From positions 54,376,001-54,440,000 of the forward strand of contig NW_024704743.1 of assembly GCF_018977255.1 (NCBI RefSeq): 64,000 nt of DNA. Reading direction: 5' to 3'. The position numbers and the translations under genes are program-made. Source of the DNA: Callorhinchus milii. Lineage: Eukaryota. The notes under the pieces are model-generated. The model had not been told where the DNA came from and did not search any database. It was given only the letters and a program-made list of their open reading frames with translations. Below are positions 24,815 through 38,118 of this stretch, piece after piece. The stretch's first letter is position 1; the number at the start of each line of letters is the position of its first letter.

Positions 24815-26293
24815 CTGCACAAGAAAGTGGGAATAACCAATTAGTGCCAATAACTAGTGTCAATGAAGTTTCCTCAAAGAACCTAAGTATGATTTTCAGA
24901 CTCATTTTATATTAAAAATTCTACCAAATTTAAAATAAAACTGTGTTATGTCAATTTAATCTTCTAAATTGAAATAAAACTTGGTGAGTTAAACATATTA
25001 TGTTAATGATTTACGTTAAATATCCCATGGGGTTCTTTGAAAAGAGAAGGGCGTTTCTCCCCAATGTCCTGGCCAACAATCCCCCAGATAAAATTGTTCA
25101 GTCACTTCATGGCTGTTTGTGGTACATTGCTGGGTGCAAATTTGCTGCTACGTTTGGCTACAAATACACAGTCACCACACTTTAGAAGTAAATTCCAGTG
25201 AAGCACTTTGAGGCGTTCTGATAACAAGAATGCTGCATCAAATGCAAGGATTAATATTTTACAAAACTAAGTCAACTTCAGAACATATAACATTTTTCCT
25301 TGGATCTGTAACTCAATACTTTTCTCAATTGTTTATCTTTGGTTCATTGGCGTATATATCCTAGAACTGTGCCAAATATTTGTTGAAAAATTCAAACTGG
25401 TGTTAATAAAATCTAAAGAAGACTTTTTTTGGTTTTTTTTGCAAGTTGGTGAATTAATTTTGTCAGCGAATATGGCAACAATGTCCCACAAACAGTCAGG
25501 AGCTCACTGATCAATTAATTGGAGGATTTGTTGGACAAGATATTGGGAGAAACTCTCTCCTCTGTTTCAATAGCACTTTTCCCGGCCTCCTTCAAAATCC
25601 ACCTCAAGACCTTCCTATTTGATCGCATTTTTTGCCATCTTTCCCTCCCATTCCCTCAGCCCCCACTCCCAGCTTGGGTGTAAAAGCTGCATTATCCAAT
25701 GCCTTGGGACATCCAAACATTAAAGGGGCTTTCTAAATATAAATTTGTATTGTATTGTAATGAAGGCATTAGCTTGCGGGCAGAAGTAACGAGGGAGCTG
25801 GGAAGTAGAAGTGAGGGAAAGTAGAACTTGTGAGAACCCAGATGTAGGGTTCGAATGATAGAAAGGGATTTAACAAGCTCTGTGAGATGGAGTGAGCACC
25901 CGGGAAGGTTGATGTGTTCGGTGCCTGATGTGAGAGAACGCTGACAGGAAACCAAGCAGGAGATCTTCGGTCTTGTCAAGATTCAGCTGTAAAAAGTTAG
26001 GACTCACCCAGGACTATGGAGTGAAAAATTATTGCATTTTTCACTGCTAGGTTACAATGATGAAATAACGTTTCCAATTTTCTATTTCTTTGAATCCTGC
26101 TCATTTTCCCTTTCCATTTTTTGTCCCCCCATCCACCTATCTGTCATTTACAGATGTCTGTCTTTATTTTATTTCTGCTTCTGGTTCTTGCAAAATACTT
26201 ATTCCCTGATTCCCAGAGGTGATCAAGCAAAAGCTTCAAAACATCTATCCATCTCTAGTATTACATCTCTACTGTTACATCTCTACCATTTAC

Positions 26294-26407
26294 CCTGAAC
26301 TGCTTCCCTCCAGATGAGATTCCCCTCATCCCATGCCCCAGCAGCACCAAAAGCATTGTGTTCTCTGAGAGATTTATTTATCTCAGTTTCTCCATCTATC
26401 CCGATAA
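26294..26407 (-). CDS. Candidate exon H (IGIDGETEINKSLREHNAFGAAGAWDEGNLIWREAVQ, phase 1->1)
   Basis: Acceptor ttattttgcatatgcaaaag|, donor AGG|gtaaat, open frame (part of ORF 26283..26486). Confidence 0.55.
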
Positions 26408-28374
26408 CTTTTGCATATGCAAAATAAAGCTTGTGGATAAAGAACAGTAAAAACATACATTCATATAGAATAATATCTCGGAGCACCTCACGGTGGCAGG
26501 GTTGGATGCAGAACAGGGAGAAAAGGGAGAGGGAAGGGGGGTTTATTTGGTGAGATTTAAAGGTCGATAGAGTTTGGGGAGTCAGAGCGGTAGATAGAGG
26601 GTATTCCAGAGGTTAGGAGTGTTGTCTAAATAGTAAACAGTTTAAAGTACACACCATTTAACTGTTGAATGTCAAATCAACTAAGGAAAGATACATTTAT
26701 CAATGGAACCTATGTTGGTAGCCACTCTCCAGCATTACTACTTGCATGTAGTTTTTAAACACCAATGGTCCATGGTATCAAACGGTCTAAAAATAGAGAA
26801 CGTTTTACTACAACTTATAATAAACCTTGTTATTTCTCAGGACAACTATATCCCCACTGATGTAAACACGGGTAGAATTGTATTGCCTTGTGATATGATG
26901 TAAATAAACTGCTGTCAGCTTCACAGGTCATTATTGCTACATGAGACTTCAAAAGGGATTATCTTCACTGAAAATAATTTGCAGAGAACATTTTTATTTC
27001 CACATATGCCCGCACACAAAATGAAACATGCTTATACTTTGTCTAGGTTTTATTTTAATCCATTGAAAGTGGCTTGACGACAATTATTTATTTATTTAAA
27101 CTCACAGTCTAGGCAAACACTCCAATGAAATCCAGAGGGAGCAATGCAAAGAAGTCAAACATACCATACTTTGGATGAAATGTTAACCAAGGTCCATTCA
27201 GCGTATTCAGCTGGATGGTAAAGATCCCATAGCACAATTCTAAGTGTTCCAGTGTCCTGGCCAACGATCCACCAAATAAAATTGAGCATTCACTTCATAG
27301 CTGTTTATGGAAGATTGCTGTGCGCAAATTGCCTGCCATATTGGCCAACAAATATAGAGTCACCACACTTTACTATTAAATGCCATGGAGAGCTTTTTGG
27401 CACGATGCAGCAAGGTATTATAAGAAATGGTAGGCGACACAACTGCCCTACCTATATTATACTGTATCACTGTATCTCCAATTGGAATTTAAAGATAGAG
27501 ATACAGTAATTTATTGACACAGTAAAGCCTATCTCTTCGACTGTGCCCATGGTCACTTCCCACCACCCCTTCTCCCTTGCTCGGCAAAGGATTATTATTG
27601 TCCACAGGTAATGACATCCCTCCTATATCTCATTGAAGTAATCATTCTTTGTGTGTTAGTCTAAACTGAGAGTTTATTGAAGCCTTTAATCTGTATAAGT
27701 AATTGCTCCATCATATCCTCATCCAGTATCATACAGACACATTTCGAGGATGCTGGGTGGGGATAACTATTACATTCTGATGATGAGAAGTTGTTCTTTT
27801 CCTAAGCTCAATGATCCTTTCACCAATTGTAGCACCCTTACGACTCCCTCAATAAAACTTCCTGGAATCAAATTTATACACTTGAAGTCTGTTAGCTAAA
27901 TGCCACACACCATGCAGTAGTTTACTACAGAACCATCAGGGAAGTATACTATTGCATTCAAGGGTAACATCATCGTTGGGGCTAGTTGATGGTGACAACA
28001 TCACTTGCATTGTGTTACAGTCTCCTATGATTTTCTACACAATATTCCTCATTGTAAGACTGAAAATCAGTAATTGACTTCATAAATACTATTTTGCCAA
28101 AAGGTGTGGAAGATTGACAGACCCAATCTTTAGCCTCAAAACAAACACTTCAATTAAATATACACTGGTATTAGGATTGAACTTGTGCTAGTTTTTTAAT
28201 AGGGTTCCTTAATAAGGAATCTGAGTCACCAAATGGAGCTGCTTTCCAATAGTGGAGCCAACTTCATACCAATTCAGGGTAGCTTTCTCCGAAACAATCC
28301 TATTCTGGAGCGGAGTTCTTGCAGGTCAATGGGCAATCTAATAGGATTCCATATCTAATGGCATAAATTTAGCA

Positions 28375-28765
28375 TAAATAGCGCCTTTCACATGGGATGA
28401 CTTCCCAAGGCACTTAATCGGATTTACTGTGAAGTGGTTGAATGTGGCAGATAATTTGTGCACAGCAGTGTCCCACAAACAGCCATGAAGTGAAACACCA
28501 ATTTCATTAGGGTTTGTTGGCCAGGACGCTGGGAAAAATTCCCTTCTCTTTTTTCAAATAGGCCATGGGATATTTCATGTCAAACTGTACAGGCAGACGG
28601 GACCTCAGTTTAACATCTCATCCGAAGGACGGCACCTCCAACATTGCAACACACCCCTAGCACTGCATTGGAGTGTCAGCTATGTGAGTTCAAGTCCCAA
28701 CGTGCAGCTTGAACCCACAACCTTCTGACTTGGAGGCAAAAATACTACCACTGAGCCAGATTGAC
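28375..28765 (-). mobile_element. Older Deu-domain SINE (SacSINE1/AmnSINE1-like core)
   Basis: Reverse strand reads ggaggtgccgtccttcggatgagatgttaaactgaggtcccgtctgcctg...cccatggc...gtcctggccaaca, the known Deu-domain motif series. Confidence 0.85.
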
Positions 28766-29409
28766 TTAAATCTTTTCATACTGCTCATTTCAATGCCCTT
28801 TCCTGGTAACTTATTCGGACAGTTTATTACAGTTTGTGTAAAACGGCTCCCTTGATTTCTTTCCATTTTTCTGACCTCCTAATTTTTAACTTTCTTTGAA
28901 GAAAGTTCTGCTTTGAAGACTGTGTTAAACTCGTATCAGGAACTATTTTTTTTCACCAAATTAACAGTTGAAAAAAAAACTTGTGGACTATTTACAGTGT
29001 TTTAATTCAGAACAGAGCTATTGAGATAATTTTGCTCTGGTTGGAAAATCAACAATAAAAAACAAAGAAAGATTTACAAATTGTAATGAATGATTCCCAA
29101 CTGAAAAGCTCTTCATTTTAGAAGCTAACATATTTAGTATTATGCTCTACAAAAAATGTTCCATCTGACTATGAAAAGTAGCGCTTGAAATGCACATATT
29201 AAGTTATCCATGTTAAAGTATTAAAGGGTTAGGATGTTATTTTAGGTTAAATGCTTTTGAAGTCATTTTACTAGTACTCAGTCCATTAAACAGCAACTTT
29301 ACAGCATCACTGATTTTCTGGGGTGTATAGCAGAAGAAATATTATGATAGAGCCTGGTACTTTGGTACCGTGCCACTGTAAAGTGAAGTCATGACTCTTG
29401 TTAACTAAA

Positions 29410-29830
29410 AATAATGAGGTAGAAAGGTTTTTGCCTCTGAGTCAGAAGGTTGTAGGTTCAAAGCCCCATTTTTGGTCTTTGAACTCACAATCCAGATGGA
29501 CACTCCAATCCAATGCTGTAGGGAGGTGGGTGGGCACTGCATTATTGGATGTGGCGTCTTTTGAATGAAATATTAAACTGAGATCCCGTCTACCTCTTCA
29601 GGTGGGCATTAAAGTTCCCATGGCACTAATTGAAATTAAAAAGAGTTTTTCCTGGTGTCCTGGCCAACAATTCCCTGAATAAAACTGATCATTCACTTTG
29701 TGGCTGTTTGTGGAATGCTGCTGTGCCCCAAATTAACTGTTGTGTTTGCTTACAAAATACACAGTCACTACACTTTACAGTAAAAATCCTGTGATGTATT
29801 TTGAAATGTCTTAGCCACATGGTATCATAT
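29410..29830 (+). mobile_element. Older Deu-domain SINE
   Basis: gcctctgagtcagaaggttgtaggttcaa head, Deu core and decayed tail. Confidence 0.85.
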
Positions 29831-29850
29831 GTTAGCATTTCTTCCCATTA

Positions 29851-29999
29851 ATAATAATAGTAATAATTCTTGCATTTGATATAGTGCTTTTCATGTCGGG
29901 AGTAAGGAAACTTGCCCAAGGTTTCGCCCTGCCTGGAATTGAACTCAGGTCTCTCACTTGCAAAGCGAGTGCTCTAACCACTGAGCTACAGGACTCCAC
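29851..29999 (-). mobile_element. Internally deleted young SINE (head joined directly to tail)
   Basis: Tail ...catgtcgggag runs straight into taaggaaacttgccc... and the tRNA-like head. Confidence 0.8.
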
Positions 30000-30679
30000 A
30001 TTTATGGACAATAATACCAGTTGGAGGCATTGTAAAACTCATTCGCTGTCAAATATAACTGGTCATCACTGTGCTCAGTCCTTCTCCCTGAGAAATTGAT
30101 AAGGGATTTGTAAAAGCGCCTATGGTGTAAAATATACAATCAATTCACTTTACTGTATATTTTGTGAAGCACCTTGAGACGTCTCAATGACATGATAAGG
30201 CGCTATATCAAATTCAAGGATTATTATTATTATTATTATTTGCGATATTTACAGCCTGGATTTGCTTTGTCAGTGCCAACTTCTGGTTTGCAATTTGTGA
30301 TAATGAATTCTCCTGCTAGTGACCATTAAACAATATTTAAATTGTAAAATTTGCATTATAACCAATTGTCATTTCCAAAATCCAGCAAAATGCATTGAAA
30401 AGGTCAGGGAATACAACTTCTGGCAAGTTTACTCTCTCATTTTTTTTTAACACGTTTTTTCAGCTTTCGAAAATGTTAATCGGTCACTTTGTAAATATCG
30501 CAGCTTGGACAGCTTTTGATGTATACAGTACAAACAGAAATCACAATTAGCACCATGAAACTGGTTTGCGAATATCACAAATTAGACCCCTATAATACAT
30601 CCTGTACATCATATTATTTTGCCTTCACGTTACAGTGTGGTCACTCTGGTGCCGTGCATGTATCTTCACATTAACTCAC

Positions 30680-30789
30680 CCGCAGCCTGCTTCATCCGGT
30701 AGTTCACTTCCTGCCTATTCTGTGCTGTGCTCCTTGCATAGATGTCATACCATATGTCTTTTGGTAATTTAAATATCAAGGGACACAAG
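30680..30789 (-). CDS. Candidate exon G (LCPLIFKLPKDIWYDIYARSTAQNRQEVNYRMKQAA, phase 2->1)
   Basis: Consensus donor CGG|gtgagt, acceptor tcatttgttaaag|, 110-nt open frame. Confidence 0.55.
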
Positions 30790-31209
30790 CTTTAACAAAT
30801 GACAATTTTTTCCATTTTGATTGCACCAATTCGCCACTTAAAAGAATCCCTGCTAGGAGTTTATAATAGGATGCGGTTTAGCTATAGGACTACTTCAACA
30901 AGATGCTTCGCTATCAATATTTCTTAATAAAATCAGTTACAGGGCTTTACAATTAATGTTGAAATTATTTTGTTTTCTTTCCCTCCAATCCTTCTGATTT
31001 GGCGATACAGCGAGCGCTTGATTTACCATTTGAGCCAACAATGAAATAGAGATATATTGACACATACAGTTTGCAAAGCTATGATTGCTGAAGTAGCTCT
31101 GGAGCCTCTCTTCCCCTTAATTCAGCTCTCATCCAAGTGAGCTCCCCGATGATGTAATCACCCTCACTGAACTTAAACAGAGCAATTTATAGAATCAGCA
31201 GTCTTGTTG

Positions 31210-31525
31210 AGTCCCATAGCGTAGTGGTTAGCGCACTTGCCTCGCAAGCTAAGAGGACCTGGGTTTGATTCCCGGCCGGGCAAAACCTTAGGCAAGTTTC
31301 CTTACTCCACACGTCTCTTTTTACCTAGCAGTAAGTAGGACCTCGTTATTCATCGATTGGCAGATCACTTTCCGAAGGTAATAATGCGTCAAAAAAAAAT
31401 TTGGTCAATCAAGCCACGACTTTTAGTGCGACACTGCAATGCGCGATTGACTGTTGCGTTTTGCTCACAAAATACAGTCAATTCAACCTACAATATATTC
31501 TGTGAAGCAATTTGAAATGTCTTAA
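31210..31525 (+). mobile_element. tRNA-derived SINE, long subfamily
   Basis: Head tagcgtagtggttagcgcacttgcctcgcaagc, long core, decayed tail. Confidence 0.9.
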
Positions 31526-32004
31526 TGGTGAGGGTCATTATTATATTATTAACAACAAACATAGTAAATGATTTCAAAGGTTTTTCTTAAATTGAACAGG
31601 GATTTTAAAGCAGATGTGTTGACTCCTGGAACGCTCAATCATTTCTTCATTGACATTTTTAAAAATAAAATATAGCAAGTTCCAACAGACATTATGAAAC
31701 ACAGAACAGAGCGTGAACTGTAATTTAAAACAGATACGCATAAGAACAAGGGAAAATAAGCTTTCGTTTATTCGTTTAATGACAGCATTCCACACACTTA
31801 CCCCAATCATGCTGCTTTGATTAAATCAATCAGACTAAAGGAGCGTTACTTCATTACAATTGTGCTTTACATTAGCTGCAATCACAGTCCTACGAATGAT
31901 CTGCTGATCATTGAATCTGAATCCTAAAGACCACAAAATTGAAATTCCTAGGAGGAAATTTGGTGGCAGAAAATAACTGTACTTCTTTCTAACAGTTGCC
32001 TTAC

Positions 32005-32093
32005 CTGCACTTTTGATTTCCTATGAGGTGCGGTGGCAAAACTGCATCTTTCAACTGTGCCTCTTTTATCTGATGCAGTGGATGACAGGTAAT
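32005..32093 (-). CDS. Candidate exon F (ITCHPLHQIKEAQLKDAVLPPHLIGNQKC, phase 0->2)
   Basis: Strong donor CAG|gtaagg and acceptor ctttcaactag|. An alternative acceptor at 32107 gives a different open frame (NFQLDYLSS...KVQ). Confidence 0.5.
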
Positions 32094-33094
32094 CTAGTTG
32101 AAAGTTCCTACAATTGCACCACAAGAAAAACACTGGCTGATGAAATCTGAGCAGTTATCAGCCTAACCATCACCTGTCAAGACCACTGCTTCAATTTAAG
32201 GGTGCATCAATTTTCTGAAGAGGAAATCAAGGGCAAAGAATAAAAGCAGCACAGATAAACAGTGACAAAGGCCCTTTCTGCTTTTTATTTATGATGGGAT
32301 GTACTATCACAGGGTGTACTGCAAGGCTTTATCAACTGCTCTGATACATTCCAGATAGTGAGGAATTCTTTGGTCATTGATGAAGTGCCATACTTAAACG
32401 CACTGAAAGGGCAGGAGAATCTAACTGAAAATTACTTTCACTAAATACCACAAAGATATTGAGGCTACAAAGAGCAGGGAGATGGAACAAATGACAGTTG
32501 CATGTAACAATGAACCTGACTGTTCCCTCCGCTGGCAGACATGACTGATTAGACTCAGAACATGAAAGAATGTTTTCTCAAAGCCGAGGAGCATATTGTG
32601 TAAAGTGTCAGGTACAAAGAGTTCATATGTTCTTCTGGGTAAAATGTGAAAAGCATTTGCTGCCAGCAATTTCTGCTATGTGCTCTGTCATTGTTCCTAT
32701 TTAGTTACCAGCCAGGTTTACAGATGTGAGTAGTCAAGGCTTCTGAAATTCAGCTACGGGAGCAATCAAACAGCAGAATGAATCAGTTTGAAATCAGGCC
32801 AGGACGCCAGGCCATTTTTTAGTGGGAGAAATGAAAATGTGCTAAAGTGACTAGACACGAGGAGATCTTGAGGGATTTATTTCTGGTAAATTCAGTCCTA
32901 AATCTTATATTATTTTAAACTAACAAATGAGAAATGTGGAATGTGGATGGTTTGTCTCATTCCAGTGCCTCGCTAACGGTGTTAAAAGTGAATTGTGAAA
33001 CAATGGCTGACACCCAGCTGGTCAGGTTGCCACTGACGTTGCTTCCTTCATAAAATATGGTGAACTTACCACTTGCAAGTTGGCCAGATTATTT

Positions 33095-33283
33095 TTTTTG
33101 AGGATTTATTACCCCCAGAAAGTGATCCGCCAATCGACTACCAACCACGTTCCTACTTACTGCTAGGTAAACAGAGGTGTGTGGAGTAAGGAAACTTGCC
33201 TAAGATTTTGGCCCGCTCTGGAATCAAACTCATGTCCTCTCACTCGCGAGGCGGGTGCTTTAACCACTAAACTACAGGACTCC
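33095..33283 (-). mobile_element. 5' part of long-subfamily SINE
   Basis: Head and long core match the 15190 and 59668 copies. Confidence 0.85.
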
Positions 33284-33579
33284 ACATGATAATTTATTCA
33301 TTTGTAGCTCACTCCAGCCCAGTGGGAAAGGCAGCACCCAATGCTTACTCTGCAGACTGAAAAAGTTGCAGGATTGATTTCCGGAACATGCCAGATTGGG
33401 AATGCATCTGGCGTTGCCTGTGACTGGCCTTGGTGCCTTCGGGCTAAGTAGGGGGAAATGAGGCAGGATTCCCATTGACTTCCTTGCTGAACAAGAATAT
33501 GTACAGGGTAAGAACAGGATCAGCTTCAGTTATGTTGCTTTCTGACATCAAATTTTGTGTCTGGGCTCCCAGCTGAAGC

Positions 33580-34058
33580 ATGATTACATGAACAAGGTTC
33601 TGTCAGACTCCAATTATTATCATAATAATAATATTATACAAACCTCGCATTTGATCTCGCACCTTATCATGTTCTCAAATTATCTTAAAAGTACTTCACA
33701 GGCAAATGCGGCTGCCAATTTGTGCACAGCAACTTCCCCCAAACAGCCATGAAGTGAATGACCAATTTTATCTTGGGCATTGTTGGCCAGGACATTTGAA
33801 GAAACTCCCTTCTCTTTTTGAATAGGATCATGAGATCTTTAGTACCCAAAAGACCTGGCAGACAAAACCTTGGTTTAATATCTCCTCCGAAGGACAATAC
33901 TTGCTAAGTTGGGGTTGCGTCTGGAGCTCTTTCCCACCACCACAGCATTGCATTGGAGCGACAGCCAAGACTATGTGAATTCAAAGTCCTGCATGGAGCT
34001 TGAACCCACAACTATCTGACTCAGAGGATAGAGTGCTAACAGCTAAGCCAGGCTGACA
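33580..34058 (-). mobile_element. Older Deu-domain SINE
   Basis: Same motif series on the reverse strand. Confidence 0.8.
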
Positions 34059-34304
34059 TCTCTTGCCATTATTATTATTATTGTTATTTTATTATTGAAA
34101 TTGCCCAAGTCAGCACCTTCAGGAAAGGAAGAAATTAAATGAAAATCAACTTTTTATCAGAATTTACTCTGTTTTTTGCTAGAACAACATTGGCTTGAGA
34201 TGTTAGGCAGGGTCTATCTACACCTTCTTGTGCAGTTCTTAATGAGAGGAAGATTGTAGGTGAGTGAATGGTTAGGAATGGGAATAACTGCTGAAAAATG
34301 GAAA

Positions 34305-34736
34305 TACAAACCTACCCACTTATGTCGACTTGTCTGGGACCATTCGAGTTTTGTCGACATAGATGATTTGTCACATAGGTGGTCACAGGTGGACAATAGA
34401 TATTCTGTGACTAAAATTTCTGAACCATGTATTTGCATGCACTTTCAGGGATTTATTTTTAAAAGTCATACAATCAATCACAATTTAGTTTCATTACCTT
34501 AACTACGAAAATAGTCATGTAAGTAAAACAACTCATTTAAGAGTACATTGCAGACACAAGTGATAATAAAAGAATCCTTTAATTCTGTTAGGCACTAATC
34601 AATTCGTCAACATAGGAGTGCCAGAGTTTCTGTCGATGATGACATAGATGGTAAGTTTTTAGTATTAATGTACAGAGATTTCTTGTGGATATAAGTGAGA
34701 TGTCAACATATTCGGGTTTGAGATAAGTGGACTGTA
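34305..34736. mobile_element. Possible pogo/Tigger-type non-autonomous element
   Basis: tacaaacctacccacttatgtcgac ... gagataagtggactgta termini with TA ends and internal gtcgacata-like subrepeats. Confidence 0.4.
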
Positions 34737-35767
34737 TCAATAAGGAAAATCCTCAAACAGAACATACATATGTAGCATAACAAAGATACATATGTAGCAT
34801 AACAAACTATTGGATTGGTAAAGTTGATCCAAGGACATCGTTGACTGGCTCCACACCCCATCACCCCCCACCCCCTCCACCACCCACACACACATCTATT
34901 GAAATATAACAATGCATTTCACATTTTTGTTACAGTAACAATTCCTACTTGTTAAATGTTAGCTGACAGCCAGACTAATAGTCAGAGAAGCAGGGCAAAA
35001 GTGGAATATCAATCACAATGAAGACCACTGTTCCTTTGCAAGTTCTCTCACAAAAACAACAAAACAGATGTTACAGTTTGTCATTGTCAGGTATCATTCA
35101 ATAATAATGTAATAATAATCCTTGTATTTGATATAATGCCGTTCATGTCAGGAGGATTTCTCAAAACGCTTCACAGGATTTATTGTAAAGTGTAGTGACT
35201 GTGTGTTTTGTAGGCGAAAACGCAACCAATTTGAGAACAGCAATGTCTCCTAAACATCCATAAAGTGAATTTGACCAATTTTGGAGGACTCATGACTAGA
35301 AATGAGAGATATTCCCTTCAAAGACTCCAGGTTGCATAATTACAATTTACTTTTGTGTGAAATCATAATTTTGTTTGTATTATTTGCAAAAATGGTGGTG
35401 GCTTCATTAAATCAAATTAATTACAGTGTTCATTGTACAATTATAATGAACTGGGCTAATTCATTCTTACATATTTTCTAGACAATTTTTCCTTTAGACG
35501 CACTGACATCACGCTATGATGTCGAGAGACAAAGGATGCTTGATTCTCGTTTCTTGATTTTTTCTGTGTTTAAGTCTTTATGGGGAAAAAAGCACGTCAC
35601 CTCAGTATCAGAATTTAAACAACTTCTACTAAAGAGATCATGTGAAAGGGTGTTCAGATATCTCATGAACAAAACAATTTTTTTAATTCAATAATTATCA
35701 TTTTACACCTACAGTACATAACAACACACTAAATTTAGTAATTCAAGATTTTACTGCACAACAAAGA

Positions 35768-36180
35768 AACATAGACCCATGGAAATTTACAGCATAGAAG
35801 ATGGACATTTAGTCCATCTTGCCTGTGCTGGTTCTTTGAAAGAGCAATCCTTTCAGTCCCATTTACCTGTCTTTTCCCCATACCCTATTTTTAGATATCT
35901 ATCTAGTTCCCTCTTGAAAGCTAATATGGATTGTGCCTTGACCATTGCTCCTAGCAGGACAATTCATATCAACTCACTGAAATTTTTTGCTCCTAATCTC
36001 CCATTTTACTCCTTTGCTAATGACCTTAAATTGATGCCCTCTAGTCCCTGACTCACTGATCGGTAGAAATAATTTCTTCTTATGCACTCGAGCCCTCATA
36101 CGTTTGAAGATCTCTATCAGGCCTCCCCTTAAACTTCTCTGTTCAGATGAAAATAGGCCCAGTTCATCCAGTCTCTGTTC
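35768..36180 (-). mobile_element. Old CR1 3' fragment
   Basis: Decayed match to the CR1 3' end (aacatag..tacagcatagaag..gg.catt; cccttaaacttctctgttc). Confidence 0.7.
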
Positions 36181-36549
36181 TTATGCGACACCTGGCAGAA
36201 GGTTTCCATAATACTTGTAATGACTGTTTGTGAGATATTGCATGCGGAAATGGCTTTGCATTTGCCTACTAAATAAATACACAGTCACTACACTTTACAG
36301 TAAATCTGTGAAGTTCTTTCATAGATGTGACACACTCTATATCAAATGCAAGGATTATTATTATGTTTTAAAACAAATTTGGGGTGAAAAATTCCTATCA
36401 TTAATATGTGTAGTGACTTTGATGGTGTGTGTGCTTCTAAACACAAATCATCAAAGTAGTCACAAGTAGGAAGAAATATTTCACATTGTCTGTTGTGATA
36501 GCCATATGACATGGGGGTTTACAGTGATTTTGTTAGTATTTCCTCATCT

Positions 36550-37250
36550 TTTGGTTCGACCCCCAATTATCCTTCCTCACCCACATCCGGTCCCTCACCA
36601 GCACCGCTTTCTTCCACCTCCGTCGCATCACCCATCTCCAATACCTCTCTCCAAAAGCCGCTGAAACCCTGATCCATGCCTTTGTCGCCTCTCGGCTGGA
36701 CTATTCAAATGCCCTCCTCTCCGGCCTCCCCTCCACAACCATCCATAAAATCCAGATTATACAAAACTCTGCCACCCACATTCTCACCCGCAACAAACTC
36801 CGCTCCCCGATTATCCCAGTCCTTGTCAGACTGCACTGGCTGCTTATCCCAGAGAGGATCGACTTTAAGATCCTCACCCTTGTCTTCAAATTCCTCCACT
36901 CCTCTGCACTCCCCTACCTCTCTGACCTCCTCTCTCCTCAAAACAGTGCCCGTTACCTTCGTTCCACTGGGTCTGGCCTCCTCCTTGTCCCCCGAGTCCT
37001 CCGCTCCACCCTCGGTAGCCGTGACTTCAGCCACTATGCCCTGAGGCTCTGGAACTGCCTTCCTCACTCCCTTCACCTCGTGCCCTCTGTTCCTATTTTC
37101 AGGTCTCTGCTGAAGACCTTTCTTTTCGACCGCGCCTTTGGTCACCTTCCTCCCCCTCCCCCGGCTCGGCCCCGGGATCCGTTACAGTGAAGCGCTCTGA
37201 GACACCGTCCAGTGTGGAGGGCGCTGTATAAATCCAAGCTATTGTTGTTT
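36550..37250 (+). mobile_element. L2 3' fragment, same subfamily as 11315-12100
   Basis: High nucleotide similarity to 11390-12090. Confidence 0.95.
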
Positions 37251-37389
37251 TTTCATTTATGTATTTGTGGTTGTTTAACATATTAAATAGTTTTTTTTCG
37301 AAAAAGTCAAATTTATTTTCCCTAAATAATAAATTACTTTTCTTCCTCTTTGACCCCCTCCGAGTCAGACAGGCTCTAATAATGTGCTC

Positions 37390-37699
37390 TTAATAATAAT
37401 CCTAATAATAATCCTTGCATTTGATATAGCGCTTTTCATGTCGGGAGGACGTCCCAAAGCGCTTCACAGAACACACTGTAAAGTGAATTATATTTGTGGG
37501 CGAACGCGACAGCCAATTGCGCACAGCAAACAGTCATGGATTTAAAATGACCAATTTATTATTGTTTTGGTTTTGGAGGGATTATTATTAGGCGTGTGGA
37601 GTAAGGAAACTTGCCCAAGGTTTCGCCCTCTGCCTGGAATCGAACTCAGGTCTCTCAGTTGCAAAGCGAGTGCTCTAACCACTGAGCTACAGGACTCCA
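37390..37699 (-). mobile_element. Young tRNA-derived SINE
   Basis: Reverse complement of the 22722 element. Confidence 0.95.
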
Positions 37700-38118
37700 C
37701 TCTTTCACTGTCTGCTCAAAAATGACCGATAATGGTCTGTGGTGATGTGACATTAGAAATACCAAGTTATAGCTCTCAATGATGCCTGTGCGGTAGGTTT
37801 CAATTTATGCTCAGTGTTTCCAGCAGGTTGTGGCTGCGATTGGAGAGTCACCATTGCAGGGAAGCATAGGTTCAAGCCTGTGTCATATTACTCTCCAATA
37901 CACAGGACCACACTAATTAAACAAGATCTAGTAATTTCCCTGTTCTGAAAGGAACATTTAAGATGGCTGATAATTCTCTGATCGACATAGCTGCCATTTC
38001 ATGGAGTTTGTCGACTGCTGTGAGATTTGTGGGAACATGCAGCAAGGCAGTGCTGCACAAGTGGGATTAAATGGGAAATTTAAGGTTTAGTGTTCTAATG
38101 TACATTGTGCATTTCACG

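Noticed and set aside
30680..32093. Assignment of exons F and G to an axonemal dynein heavy-chain N-terminus
   Set aside because: Only a vague pattern resemblance, and the neighbouring exons do not support it.
34764..34806. 21-bp tandem duplication (also catagggttgtcag x2 at 13013-13047)
   Set aside because: Simple local slippage duplications with no further structure.
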